Numbered from the stretch's first letter, positions 8,142 to 18,567 are shown. The stretch: 64,000 nt of DNA from an uncultured Actinomycetes bacterium (GCA_963704885.1 CAVPIB010000001.1:224001-288000); one strand, 5' to 3'. Notes: generated by a model from the letters alone, not told the origin. Numbers and translations: made by a program.

Positions 8142-9980
8142 CTACCTGTCGACAGGTTCTTGGTCGTTCGCGGCGCGGACGTTGCCGAGCCAACTCGCGT
8201 ACATCCCCGCGTAGACGCCGCCGAGGGAGAGCAGCTCGGCGTGCGTGCCCTCCTCGACCAGCAGGCCCTCGTGCAGGACCAGGACGCGATCCGCATGTTC
8301 GGCGGTCGAGAGCCGATGGGCGATCGTGATGACCGTGCGTCCTGCCGAGAGCCGGCGGAGCGCCTCGGTAGCCCGGCGCTCGGTGGCCGGGTCCACCGCG
8401 CTCGTCGCCTCGTCGAGGATCAACAGACCGGGCTCGTCGATCTGCGCCCGTGCCAGCGAGACCAGCTGCCGCTCGCCTACCGAGAGCGCTTCGCCACGCT
8501 CCCCGACGCTGGTATCGAGCCCGTCGGGCAGCGAGGCCACCCAGTCGGAGAGCCCGAGCTCGTCGAACGCCGTCTCTACGTCGCGATCGGTCGCGCCGGT
8601 GCGGCCGAACCGAACGTTCTCCCGGACGGTCGTGTCGAACAGGAACCCATCCTGCGGCACCATGCGGATCGCACGTCGCCGGGAAGCTGGATCGACCTCG
8701 CGGAGGTCGATCCCCTCGACGTCGATCAGACCCTCGGCCGGATCGGCCAAGCGCGCCAGGAGCTTCGCGAATGTCGTCTTGCCTCCACCTGTCTCGCCCA
8801 CGATCGCCAGATGCGCGCCGGCGTCCACCGCGACCGTGATACCTCGGAGCACGGGACCGCCCTCGCGGTAGGCGTACCGGACGTCGCTAACGCGTATCGC
8901 GAGAGCGCCCTTCGGCAACTCGATACCCCTCACGGGCTCGACGATCTCGACCGGAAGGTCGAGAACCGTGAGGATCTTCCGCCAACCCGCGATCGCCGTC
9001 TGCGTCTCCGCGTAGACCTCGGGCAGGTCCATGAACACGTGCAGGAAGATGTCCGAGAGGAAGATGAACGCCGTGACGCTTCCGAACGTCAGCCCCCAGC
9101 TCGGTCCGAAGCTGGCGCCCAAGACCACGATCGTCGCGACCGCGGCCGCATAGAACATCGTCCCCATGGGGAAGAGGGTGGCCGACCGCCAATGCGCCAC
9201 GACCTGCGCGCGGTAGCGCTCGTCGATCGCGTGCTTCACTCGAACGTCGGTGCGTTCCTCCAGGCCGTAGGCGCGAACGACCGCGGCGCCCATCACACTT
9301 TCGGAGACCTCCGACAAGAGCTCGCCCACGCGCGTACGGACCGTGTCGAACGCTTGCGTGAGGCGCGCCTGCATCGAGAACACGAACAACAACAGCGGGA
9401 TCACGAGCAACACGACAGGGATGGTTAGCTGCCACGAATAGGTGAGCATGAGTGCGAGCCCGCCGATCGCGAGCGCGAACGAGATGATCCAGGCGATCGC
9501 GCCCCATTCGGTGAACTTCGAGAGGGTGTCGACGTCGGCGGTGACACGCGCCACGAAGATGCCGCGCTTCTCCTCGGACTGCTCCGCGATCGAGAGCCGG
9601 TGGATGTGCTCGAACGTCCGCACGCGCAGGGACGTGAGGGCCTGCTCGGACGCCCGTACCAGCCGGCGGGCGGCCGCCCGACCCGCGACGTAGGTGAGTA
9701 GGACGAGCGCGAGGGCCCACGCACAGTTGGTGAACACGTAGGCCGCCTGGAAACCTCCTGTGAACCCGTTGTCCAAGATGCGTTTCACCAGGATCGGTGT
9801 CACGAGGGTCGCGACCGTTACACCGAGCGAGATCACGACCGTGAAGCCCAATCCCTTACGGAGCTCAGGGGACTCGCGAAGCCCGCGTCGCAGGACCGAA
9901 CGAGCGCGCTCCAGGTGCGGTGGGATCTCGAGCTCAGGCTCCGCCGACCGCGACACCTCCTCGACGCTCGTGACGCTCAT
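8142..9980 (-). CDS. ABC exporter TMD-NBD half-transporter (heterodimer subunit)
   Basis: 6-TM domain, Walker A GETGGGKTT, degenerate signature LSVGE, Walker B ILDEATS, AHR. Confidence 0.92.
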   Translation of the reverse strand: MSVTSVEEVSRSAEPELEIPPHLERARSVLRRGLRESPELRKGLGFTVVISLGVTVATLVTPILVKRILDNGFTGGFQAAYVFTNCAWALALVLLTYVAGRAAARRLVRASEQALTSLRVRTFEHIHRLSIAEQSEEKRGIFVARVTADVDTLSKFTEWGAIAWIISFALAIGGLALMLTYSWQLTIPVVLLVIPLLLFVFSMQARLTQAFDTVRTRVGELLSEVSESVMGAAVVRAYGLEERTDVRVKHAIDERYRAQVVAHWRSATLFPMGTMFYAAAVATIVVLGASFGPSWGLTFGSVTAFIFLSDIFLHVFMDLPEVYAETQTAIAGWRKILTVLDLPVEIVEPVRGIELPKGALAIRVSDVRYAYREGGPVLRGITVAVDAGAHLAIVGETGGGKTTFAKLLARLADPAEGLIDVEGIDLREVDPASRRRAIRMVPQDGFLFDTTVRENVRFGRTGATDRDVETAFDELGLSDWVASLPDGLDTSVGERGEALSVGERQLVSLARAQIDEPGLLILDEATSAVDPATERRATEALRRLSAGRTVITIAHRLSTAEHADRVLVLHEGLLVEEGTHAELLSLGGVYAGMYASWLGNVRAANDQEPVDR

Positions 9981-11788
9981 CGCCGCTCGATCCGTTCGTA
10001 CGCGCGGATCATGGCCGCATAACCCGGCATGCTTGCGATCAGCTCCTCGTGCGAGCCCGTCGCGCGGAGTTGTCCGTCCTCCAGGTACAGGATCCGGTCG
10101 GCGAGGCGGATCGTCGACAGCCGATAGGCCACTACGACGAGCGTCGTGCGTAGCTCGTCGCGGAGCGCACCCAGGATCTGAGCCTCGATCGTTGGGTCAA
10201 CGGCGGAGGTCGCATCGTCCAGGATCAGCAGCCGAGGCTGCCGGACGAGGGCGCGCGCCAGCGCGATCCGCTGGCGTTGGCCGCCCGAGAGCGTATGCCC
10301 TCGCTCGCCGACGACGGTGTCGAAGCCTTGGGGCAACGCGCGGATGAACCGGTCGGCTTGCGTGATCCTGGCTGCGCGCTCGATATCGGTGTCGGTGGCG
10401 CCCGTGTCGAGCGCGATGTTGTCGCGGACGCTCGCCGCGAACAGGAAGCTCTCCTGGAAGACGATCGCCGTCGCATCCCTGAGCGAGGCCGCGTCGACAT
10501 CTCGCAGGTTCACGCCGCCCACCCGAACCTCACCCGTGTCAGGATCGTCCAGGCGGACCAGCAGCTGCGCGAGCGTGCTCTTGCCCACGCCGGTCGGGCC
10601 GACGATCGCCACCGACTCGTCGGCGTCGATCCGGAGCGACACTCCGTCGAGCACCCGCTGGTCCCCGTACGTGTACGAGACCTCTTCGAACCGAGCGTCG
10701 AGTGACCCCTGGGGCACGGCGACGGGGTGGGCGGCCGGTTCCACCGTGACGGGCTCGGCGAAGACCGCCTCCAGGCGTGCGTAGCTCACCACGGCGCGAG
10801 GCAGCTCCGACAGGATCCATCCGATGAAGCGCATCGGCCACGAGAGCAGACCGAACAGGACGACGAACTGGATCAGATCTCCGATGGAGACGTCGCCCGT
10901 CGATACGCGCCACGATCCGACCGCCAAGAGCATCACGATGCCGAGGGTGGGCAGGGCCTCGAGCGCGGGTTCGAAGCTCGCGCGGATGAACCCGGCTTGA
11001 ACACGCTCATCCCTGAGCGCTCGAGCCTCGACCCCGAGGCGCTCGGTCTCGTGGGCCTCGCGCCCCAGCGTCTTCACGATCAACGCGCCGTCGATGCTCT
11101 CGTGCGCGACCGCCGAGACGTCGCCGATCTTCTCCTGGGCACGGCGGGCCGGCCCTTCCATCCGGCGCGCGAAGCTGTTGTTCATCAACGCGAGCGCAGG
11201 GAAGAGCAGGAACCCGATCATCGCTAGGAACGGGTCGGTCACGATGAGAGCGATCATCGCGAACGCGACGAGGAAGATCACCCCGCAAGCGAACGGCACC
11301 GGGTGGAGCACGTCCACGGCTGCCTCGACGTCGGCTTCCATGTGGGCGAGTAGCTCGCCCGTGGGGGTCTCTTTGTGGAACTGGAGCGACAACTCGCGGT
11401 ACCGGTCGGCGACGCGGCGACGCAGGGTAGCCATCACTTGCGCGCCCGCGACGCCGCTGTAGTACCGGCGCACCATGATCCCGATCGAGCGGATCGATCC
11501 CACGATCAAGATCGCCAGGGCGCCCAGCCAGATCTTCGAGGTCTCGACGCCGCCGGAGAACGCCGGCTCGAGCACTTGGTCAGTGATCCGTCCGAGCACG
11601 ATCGTGAGGCCGATCGACCCGATGGCATAGAGGAAGGCGCCGCCGACCGAGATCAGGAACGGTTTGGGGTGGAGCCTCACGTAGGAACCGATCAGACGCA
11701 GGCCGCGCGTGAACAGGCCCGGTTCGTCCAGGGTCGGTGTCTCGACGCGCGCCTGCACTCCTGCCCCCCTCGGTTTGCGCCTCAGCAT
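9977..11788 (-). CDS. ABC exporter TMD-NBD half-transporter (partner subunit with degenerate site)
   Basis: Walker A GPTGVGKST, LSGGQRQR, Walker B ILDD (no catalytic Glu), AYR in place of AHR. ATGA overlap with the partner gene. Start uncertain (11758-11797). Confidence 0.9.
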   Translation of the reverse strand: MLRRKPRGAGVQARVETPTLDEPGLFTRGLRLIGSYVRLHPKPFLISVGGAFLYAIGSIGLTIVLGRITDQVLEPAFSGGVETSKIWLGALAILIVGSIRSIGIMVRRYYSGVAGAQVMATLRRRVADRYRELSLQFHKETPTGELLAHMEADVEAAVDVLHPVPFACGVIFLVAFAMIALIVTDPFLAMIGFLLFPALALMNNSFARRMEGPARRAQEKIGDVSAVAHESIDGALIVKTLGREAHETERLGVEARALRDERVQAGFIRASFEPALEALPTLGIVMLLAVGSWRVSTGDVSIGDLIQFVVLFGLLSWPMRFIGWILSELPRAVVSYARLEAVFAEPVTVEPAAHPVAVPQGSLDARFEEVSYTYGDQRVLDGVSLRIDADESVAIVGPTGVGKSTLAQLLVRLDDPDTGEVRVGGVNLRDVDAASLRDATAIVFQESFLFAASVRDNIALDTGATDTDIERAARITQADRFIRALPQGFDTVVGERGHTLSGGQRQRIALARALVRQPRLLILDDATSAVDPTIEAQILGALRDELRTTLVVVAYRLSTIRLADRILYLEDGQLRATGSHEELIASMPGYAAMIRAYERIERR

Positions 11789-11862
11789 CGTACGCAAGCC
11801 GACCGGAGGCTCGCGGGGCGCGTCACGTTGCAGGGTTCGGCGCCCCCTGGAATGATGCGCTC

Positions 11863-13578
11863 ATGACCGAGCACCGGCCGTGGTTCGCGACCTGGCGCCC
11901 CGGCGTGCCGAAGACGCTCGAGCCCTACCCCCAGGTCTCCGTCTACTCGCTGCTGGCCGACTCTGCCGCGGGCTTCCCCGAAAGCGTGGCGCTGGCGTTC
12001 CTTGGCAAGCACGTCAGCTACCGAGAGCTGCTCGCCGAGGTGGAGCGTTTCTCCGCCGTGCTCGCCGGCCTAGGCGTGAAGAAGGGCGACCGGGTCGGAC
12101 TGCTGTTGCCCAACTGCCCGCAGTACGTGATCGCCTGGTACGCCACCGTTCGGCTGGGAGCGATCGCGATCGGCAACAACCCGCTCTATACACAACGTGA
12201 GCTGACCCATCAGATCAGGGACTTCTCGCCGAACGTCATGATCGTGCTCGATCAGCTCTACCCGGGTCTCGCGGCGATACAAGCCGAGGCGGGTTTCACC
12301 GAGGTCGTCGTGACCAAGTTGACCGACTACATGAAGTTCCCGCTCAACCTGCTCGCGCCCCTCAAGTTCAGGAAGGATCACAAGAAGGAAGGCAAACCCT
12401 GGCCGCCGGTTCCTAAGGACGCGAAGGTCCGCTGGTGGCGAGATCTGATGGCTAAGGCGGGCACGCCTCCGCCGGTTGCCGAGGTGGACGCCGTCCACGA
12501 CGCCGCCGCCTTCATCTACACCGGTGGGACGACGGGTCTGTCCAAGGGCGCCATGCTCTCGCACCACAACTTCGTGTCGAACGTCCTGCAGGTAGCGCCG
12601 TGCATCACCGACTTCACCCGCGGGCACGATGGCGTGATGTGCGTGCTGCCGTTCTTCCATTCGTTCGGCACGGTCGCTATGAACTTCGGCCTGCACCAGG
12701 CGGGGAAGCTCGTGTTGCTGCCGCGATTCGAGCTCCACATGGTGTTGAAGCAGCTCGCGAAGGAGCGGCCGTCGTTCTTTCCCGGCGTGCCGCGCCTGTA
12801 CGTGGCGCTGAACGAGGCGCCCGAGACCGCCAAGTACGACCTCAAGTCCGTCAAGGCCTGCATCTCGGGTGCCGCACCGTTGCCGAAGGCCGTGGCCGAC
12901 CGGTTCCACGAGATCACCGGTGGCGCGAAGCTGGTGGAGGGCTACGGCCTGACCGAGTGCTCACCGGTGACGCACGTGAACCCGTTCGATGCGCCGCATC
13001 CCGGAACGATCGGCATCCCCATCCCCGATACGGATTGCAGGATCGTCGACATAGAGGATCCCGATCGCGAGGTCGCCGTGGGCGAGCGGGGCGAGCTCTG
13101 TATCAAGGGCCCACAGATCATGCTGGGGTACTGGAACAAACCGGAGGCGACGGCCGAGATGATCCGCAACGGGTGGCTGCACACCGGCGACATCGCGACC
13201 ATGGATGACGACGGCTTCTTCCGGATCGTTGACCGGCTGAAGGACATGATCATCGTCTCGGGGTTCAACGTCTATCCCACCGAGGTAGAGGCGGTGCTCT
13301 TCAACAATCCGAAGGTGTCCAAGGCGAGCGTCGTCGGGATCCCCGACGAGCGCACCGGGGAACGGGTGAAGGCCTACATCGTGCTCAAGGAGGGCAAGAC
13401 CGCGACGGCGGAGGAGATCGAGGCCTGGTGCCGCGATCCCGAGCAGGGTCTGACCGGCTACCGGGTACCCCACGAGGTCGAGTTCCGCAGCGAGCTCCCC
13501 GAGACGCTGATCGGAAAGGTCTTGCGCCGGGTCCTTCAAGAAGAGGAACGCCAGAAGACCGAGGCGCCGGCGTCCTGA
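11863..13578 (+). CDS. Long-chain fatty acid--CoA ligase (FadD-like)
   Basis: YTGGTTGLSKG, EGYGLTE, GWLHTGD, DRLKDMIIVSGFNVYP. Confidence 0.92.
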   Translation: MTEHRPWFATWRPGVPKTLEPYPQVSVYSLLADSAAGFPESVALAFLGKHVSYRELLAEVERFSAVLAGLGVKKGDRVGLLLPNCPQYVIAWYATVRLGAIAIGNNPLYTQRELTHQIRDFSPNVMIVLDQLYPGLAAIQAEAGFTEVVVTKLTDYMKFPLNLLAPLKFRKDHKKEGKPWPPVPKDAKVRWWRDLMAKAGTPPPVAEVDAVHDAAAFIYTGGTTGLSKGAMLSHHNFVSNVLQVAPCITDFTRGHDGVMCVLPFFHSFGTVAMNFGLHQAGKLVLLPRFELHMVLKQLAKERPSFFPGVPRLYVALNEAPETAKYDLKSVKACISGAAPLPKAVADRFHEITGGAKLVEGYGLTECSPVTHVNPFDAPHPGTIGIPIPDTDCRIVDIEDPDREVAVGERGELCIKGPQIMLGYWNKPEATAEMIRNGWLHTGDIATMDDDGFFRIVDRLKDMIIVSGFNVYPTEVEAVLFNNPKVSKASVVGIPDERTGERVKAYIVLKEGKTATAEEIEAWCRDPEQGLTGYRVPHEVEFRSELPETLIGKVLRRVLQEEERQKTEAPAS

Positions 13579-14276
13579 GCGCGATCTACGAGGCGGTCGT
13601 GTTCGACCTGTTCGGGACGCTCGTACCGGAGTTCTCCAGATCCGACTTCTTCGACGCCGTGCGGAAGATGGCCCGGATCGTGGGCGCGGATGCCGGTCAG
13701 TTCGAGGCGGCGTGGACCGGGACGGCGCTCGAACGGCAGACCGGTGGGTTCGCGACCGTGGAGGAGAACGTCCGATCGATCTGCTCGTCGCTGGGCGTCG
13801 AGCCCTCGGAAGACGCGGTCGACCGTGCGCTCGACGTTCGGTTGGATCTGTACCGCAAGTGGTTCCACCCGCGTGTGGGAGCGCTTGAGACGCTTGCCGA
13901 GCTCAGGGCGCGTGGCTACCCGATCGGTCTGATCAGCATGTGTGCGCCGGACGCACCGGCCATGTGGCGGGCGTCGCGGCTTGCGCCCTTCGTCGACGTC
14001 GAGGTCTTCTCGAGCGAGGTCGGGCTTCGCAAGCCCGACGCGGCGATCTACCGGTACGCGACCGACGGGCTCGGCGTGGATCCGCACGCCTGCCTGTACT
14101 GCGGGGACGGCGCTTACGGCGAGCTGTCGGGAGCAGCGGCTGTAGGCATGACTCCGTACCTGATCGCGGACCCGTCGGTAGACCACGAGGAGTCGCTCAC
14201 GCCCGAACGCGAGGAGTGGGACGGCCCCGCGGTATCAGACCTCCGCGAGCTCCTCCCCCTCCTGCCGGGTATCTAG
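13575..14276 (+). CDS. HAD-superfamily hydrolase
   Basis: VFDLFGTLV, RKPD and CGD...EL.GA...GM motifs. The only plausible start is CTG overlapping the fadD stop (CTGA). Confidence 0.82.
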   Translation: MSAIYEAVVFDLFGTLVPEFSRSDFFDAVRKMARIVGADAGQFEAAWTGTALERQTGGFATVEENVRSICSSLGVEPSEDAVDRALDVRLDLYRKWFHPRVGALETLAELRARGYPIGLISMCAPDAPAMWRASRLAPFVDVEVFSSEVGLRKPDAAIYRYATDGLGVDPHACLYCGDGAYGELSGAAAVGMTPYLIADPSVDHEESLTPEREEWDGPAVSDLRELLPLLPGI

Positions 14277-15325
14277 ATCGCTCTCGGTTCTCGGGATCTC
14301 CGCACGTACCGCCGCCGGTGGAGCGCGTAGGCCATCGGTCCGACCACCAACGGCAACCAGTACGAAACCAAGCGGTACGCGAGCGTGGCCAGCACCGCGT
14401 CGGCCGCGTTCACCCCGGCCAAGGTGAGCGTCGCGGTGAGCCCCGCCTCTACGAATCCCAACCCACCCGGGGTGATTGGGATCATGCCGAGGACGGCCGC
14501 CGTGACGTAGGCCAGCAGGACGAGCGACGGACGGGGACGGCTGCCGACGGCGGTGAGCGCCGCGAGGAGTGCCAGGTAATCGAAGAGCCAGTTGCCCATG
14601 GACGTGACGAGAGCCATCCACCACTTGGTGCCGAGCGTGCCCCGGATCTCGTCGCGTTCCGCGAGGAGCGTGTCGGGTAGGTCCGTCCGCGGCGTTCTAT
14701 CGCGGTGCATGTGGTTCAACGTCCACTGGATCGTCCGGCCCGCCGCGGCGAGAGGTCGCCGCGACGACAGCAGCATCGCTCCCACGGCGACCGCCAGGAC
14801 GAACAGGCCGGCGCCGAGCCAGGCGGACTGCGTGAGGCCCCGTGGCGCCGGCGCGCCGAACACGATCGCGGGAAGGGCCAACACGGGGAGCGCGAACAAG
14901 GTGCCGGAGCTGATGAGCGTCGCGGTGGTTAGACCGGTTCCGATCGTGGTGGCGTCCAAACCCGACTGGACCAGCAGGCGGTACTGGATCGCGCCGCCCG
15001 CGGCCGCGCCTCCCGGCACGATCCGGCTGAACGCGTTCCCGGCGATCTGTGCCGTGGCGATCGCGAACCACCGTCCCGTTCGAAGCGCCACCCGTTGGAG
15101 GGCCCACGCGCACCCGAAGCTCGCGATCTCGGCCAGGAACATCGCCACGAACCAAACCGGGTTGATGGTGAGTAGGTCGGGCCAGGCGGAGAAGACTTTC
15201 AGGAGCGAGGGCCACAAGACGTAGAGCGTCAAGAGCGAGACGAGCAGGAAGATCAGTCGAACGATGATGCGACGCCGGAGCGACGGCTCGGCTCCGGAGA
15301 TGACACGATCGTTCGGCTCAGCCAT
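14273..15325 (-). CDS. Lysylphosphatidylglycerol synthase TM / UPF0104 flippase-like membrane protein
   Basis: Multi-TM; IPITPGGLGFVEAGL and LAYRLVSYWLP motifs. Confidence 0.85.
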   Translation of the reverse strand: MAEPNDRVISGAEPSLRRRIIVRLIFLLVSLLTLYVLWPSLLKVFSAWPDLLTINPVWFVAMFLAEIASFGCAWALQRVALRTGRWFAIATAQIAGNAFSRIVPGGAAAGGAIQYRLLVQSGLDATTIGTGLTTATLISSGTLFALPVLALPAIVFGAPAPRGLTQSAWLGAGLFVLAVAVGAMLLSSRRPLAAAGRTIQWTLNHMHRDRTPRTDLPDTLLAERDEIRGTLGTKWWMALVTSMGNWLFDYLALLAALTAVGSRPRPSLVLLAYVTAAVLGMIPITPGGLGFVEAGLTATLTLAGVNAADAVLATLAYRLVSYWLPLVVGPMAYALHRRRYVRRSREPRAI

Positions 15326-15340
15326 CGGGCGTCCGCAGCG

Positions 15341-16189
15341 TCAGATGAGCGACAACACCGTGGCGCGCTCATCGTCGGTCAGTCCCCGGAGGGGAGCCCT
15401 GACGTCGGCTGTGGTTAGGACGTCCTTCGACACGAGTATCTCCTTCAGCGCCGCGTGGAACGGGATGCCCTCCAGTGCTTCTCGGAGCCGTTCCACTCGT
15501 TCCTCAGCCGCGGCGCTCCGCTCATGGACCAAGGAGGCAACGATCTCGGGGAAGGCGGTCGCCAGGCCGCTCACGGCACCCAACGCCCCACGCTCCATGC
15601 CCCGAAGCACGAGCGGCTCGTAGCCGATGAACAGGTCCAGGTCCGGCAGGTCGAGGTAGGGCTCGACCGCGGCGAACGGCGTGTCCGAGACCTTCATGCC
15701 ACGCAGGTTGGGACATCGTTCGCGGATCCGCTGGATCACGTCGACGGGGATCGAATAGCCACTGCGTCCTGCGAACTCGTAGACGTAGAACGGCAGGGGA
15801 TCGCAGGCGCTCGCGACCGTGACGAAGTGACGGGTGAGCTCCTCGGGATCGAGCGGGAAGTAGGGCGGCGCGATCAAGGCGACGGCGTCGGCGCTGGCGT
15901 CCAGTGCATGGGCCGCCAGAGCGGTGGAGTCGGCGGTGGTTTGCGCTCCCACGTGGATGGCGATCTGGAACCCATCGGGACGCGACCCCAGGAACAGCTC
16001 GGTCACGCGTCGTCGTTCATCGACCGTGAGAAGCACGCCCTCGCCGGTCGTTCCGCATGCGAGCAGGCCGTCGGCCCCGCCCTCGGCGAGGAACCGAACG
16101 AGCGGTGGGAACGCCTCGGTGTCCAGGTGTCGTCCGCCGTCGCGCAGCGGGGTGACGGCGGCAGCGATAGCTCCGACCAGACCGGGCAT
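15341..16189 (-). CDS. Dihydrodipicolinate synthase/N-acetylneuraminate lyase family class I aldolase
   Basis: AVTPL, GTTGE, YVYEF, Schiff-base Lys in GMKVSD, VRAPL. Start ATG 16189 overlaps the proDH stop. Confidence 0.85.
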   Translation of the reverse strand: MPGLVGAIAAAVTPLRDGGRHLDTEAFPPLVRFLAEGGADGLLACGTTGEGVLLTVDERRRVTELFLGSRPDGFQIAIHVGAQTTADSTALAAHALDASADAVALIAPPYFPLDPEELTRHFVTVASACDPLPFYVYEFAGRSGYSIPVDVIQRIRERCPNLRGMKVSDTPFAAVEPYLDLPDLDLFIGYEPLVLRGMERGALGAVSGLATAFPEIVASLVHERSAAAEERVERLREALEGIPFHAALKEILVSKDVLTTADVRAPLRGLTDDERATVLSLI

Positions 16190-17094
16190 CAGACCAGGTT
16201 CCTCAACGCCAGAAGCGTGTTCTCCACCGGTTTCTCGGCGATGCGCCGCATGAACCATGGGTACCAGTAGGGGCCATACGAGATCAGGGTGCGCACCTTG
16301 ATCCCTTCGCGTGTCATGCGGCGCTGCTCGTCCGATCGTATCCCGTAGAGCATGGCCACCTCGAAAGCGTCTCGCCCCCCCGGAACGGCCCCCTGGATCC
16401 GCGCGATCAGCTCGGTGTCGTGGGTGCCGAGCGCCAGCCGTCGCGCGCTCCGCGCCAGATGGCACGCAAGGCGGAAGTAGCTCTCATCTATCAGGCGCTT
16501 GTCCTGGAAGGCGTGCTCCTTGGACTCGCGGTATGCCCCTTTGACCAGGCGGATGGACGGCTCGGCAGGAGAGAGCGCCTGCACGTCTTCCCACGTGCGG
16601 CGCAGGTACGCCTGTAGGCACAGACCCGTGTTCGGGAACTTGGTCAGTAGCCGGCGGTACAGCTCGATCGTGCCGTCGACGTAGCCGGTCGATTCGATGT
16701 CTATCCACAGCGTCCGATCCAGGGCGGAGGAGCGATCCGCCAGGCGCTCCAGATGGTTCATGGTGGCATCTCGGTCGAGATCGAACCCGAGCTGCGTGAG
16801 CTTGACCGAGATCTCTGCATCGAGGTTGAGCTCGTCGATGCGATCTAGGAGCCGCAGGTACTCGCCGGCAGCCTCGGTCGCCTGCGCGAGCTCGGTGACG
16901 TTCTCGCCGAGCAGCGTGAACGAGGCCGGGATCCCTTCATCGGCGAGCGTCGCAGCTGCCGTCAGCGCCTCATCGGCCGTCTCGCCGGGCATGAACCGCG
17001 ACACGGTCTTGCGGATCGATCGGAAGCGCGGCAGGTTCCTGCGGAGGGTGGCGTTCCCCGACGCCCACAGCAGCGTTCCTCGCAGCGGGTTCAT
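16189..17094 (-). CDS. Monofunctional proline dehydrogenase family flavoprotein
   Basis: RFMPGE, ISVKLTQLG, QAYLRR, IRLVKGAY, THD, MLYGIR, WFMRRIAE. Confidence 0.9.
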   Translation of the reverse strand: MNPLRGTLLWASGNATLRRNLPRFRSIRKTVSRFMPGETADEALTAAATLADEGIPASFTLLGENVTELAQATEAAGEYLRLLDRIDELNLDAEISVKLTQLGFDLDRDATMNHLERLADRSSALDRTLWIDIESTGYVDGTIELYRRLLTKFPNTGLCLQAYLRRTWEDVQALSPAEPSIRLVKGAYRESKEHAFQDKRLIDESYFRLACHLARSARRLALGTHDTELIARIQGAVPGGRDAFEVAMLYGIRSDEQRRMTREGIKVRTLISYGPYWYPWFMRRIAEKPVENTLLALRNLV

Positions 17095-17148
17095 CGCGGG
17101 CGAGCCTATCGGAAGTGCCGGGCGCGCTACGGCTGCGTCGGCATCGGA

Positions 17149-18465
17149 TCAGGCGGTCTTCGTCTCGAACTGGGCCTCTTCGGTGGAGCCCTTGAGGGCG
17201 AGCGTCGACGCCGTGCCGCCCGAGATCACCTCGGAGACCTGGTCGAAGTAGCCGGTTCCCACCTCTGCTTGGTGCCGGGTCGCCGTGTATCCCTGGTCCT
17301 CCATGGCGAACTCGTTCTCCTGCAGCCGGACGTAGGCGCTCATGCCCTCATCCGCGTACCCGCGAGCCAACTCGAACATGCTGGCGTTGAGCGCGTGGAA
17401 CCCGGCCAGGGTTATGAATTGGAACCGGTACCCCATGGCGGCCAGCTCGGTCTGGAACCGCGCGATGGTGTCGTCGTCCAGGTGCTGCTTCCAGTTGAAC
17501 GAAGGCGAGCAGTTGTACGCCAAGAGCTTGCCGGGATACATGGCGTGGATCGCCTCGGCGAACGTCCGTGCCTCGTCCAGTTCCGGGGTCGATGTCTCGC
17601 ACCAGAGCATGTCTGCGTACGGCGCGTACGCCAGGCCGCGTGCGATGGCGGCGTCCATGCCTGAACGCACCCGGAAGAATCCCTCCGGAGTGCGGCCGCC
17701 GCTCGCGAACCGCGCGTCCCGCGGGTCGACGTCTGTCGTCAGGAGCGTCGCGGCGAGCGAGTCCGTCCGGGCGATGAGCACGGTCGGCACGTCGAGGACG
17801 TCGGCCGCCAGGCGGGCGGCGGTCAGCGTGCGGATGAACTGCTCGGTCGGCACCAGCACCTTGCCGCCGAGATGTCCGCACTTCTTCTCCGAAGCCAGCT
17901 GATCCTCGAAGTGCACGCCGGCCGCTCCCGCTTCGATCATGGACTTCATCAGCTCGAACGCGTTCAGCGGACCGCCGAACCCTGCCTCGGCGTCGGCGAC
18001 GATCGGCGGCAGCTGACGGGGATCGTGACCCTCCGCCCACTCGATCTGGTCGGCGCGTATGAGAGCGTTGTTCAGGCGTCGGACGATAGCCGGCACGGAG
18101 TTCGCCGGGTAGAGCGATTGGTCAGGGTATGTCTGACCCGCGAGGTTGGCGTCGGCGGCCACTTGCCACCCGGAGAGGTAGATGGCCTCCAGGCCGGCCT
18201 TGGACATCTCGACGGCCTGGCCTCCTGTGAGCGCCCCGAGCGCCGCAACATACTCGCGCGACCCCATCAGGTGCCAGAGGCGCTCGGCACCCACGCGCGC
18301 CAACGTGTGTTCGACCCTGATGGATCCTCGCAGGCGGATGACGTCCTCCGGGGTGTAGGTGCGCTCGATGCCGGTCCAGCGAGGATCGGTATCCCAGCGC
18401 CGTTCGAGTGCCTCGGCCTCACTGCGGATGTGCGCCTTGGCGGTCATGTCGGTCGTGCCGGCCAT
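17149..18465 (-). CDS. aceA: Isocitrate lyase
   Basis: [26 protein letters not shown] catalytic motif, [17 protein letters not shown]; RBS AAGGAGG. Confidence 0.97.
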   Translation of the reverse strand: MAGTTDMTAKAHIRSEAEALERRWDTDPRWTGIERTYTPEDVIRLRGSIRVEHTLARVGAERLWHLMGSREYVAALGALTGGQAVEMSKAGLEAIYLSGWQVAADANLAGQTYPDQSLYPANSVPAIVRRLNNALIRADQIEWAEGHDPRQLPPIVADAEAGFGGPLNAFELMKSMIEAGAAGVHFEDQLASEKKCGHLGGKVLVPTEQFIRTLTAARLAADVLDVPTVLIARTDSLAATLLTTDVDPRDARFASGGRTPEGFFRVRSGMDAAIARGLAYAPYADMLWCETSTPELDEARTFAEAIHAMYPGKLLAYNCSPSFNWKQHLDDDTIARFQTELAAMGYRFQFITLAGFHALNASMFELARGYADEGMSAYVRLQENEFAMEDQGYTATRHQAEVGTGYFDQVSEVISGGTASTLALKGSTEEAQFETKTA

Positions 18466-18495
18466 CTCGGTGCCTCCTTGGTCGTCTTCCCGGGG

Positions 18496-18528
18496 AAGTG
18501 AAAGACCCTTCGCCTGCGGCGAAGGGTC
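18496..18528 (-). terminator. Intrinsic terminator-like hairpin in the aceA 5' leader (candidate attenuator)
   Basis: Minus strand reads GACCCTTCGCC-GCA-GGCGAAGGGTC (perfect 11-bp stem) followed by TTTCACTT, ending about 30 nt before the aceA ATG. Confidence 0.75.
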
Positions 18529-18567
18529 GATGGCGCGTCCGGGCTCAGATGAGCCCAGGGCCGCGCC

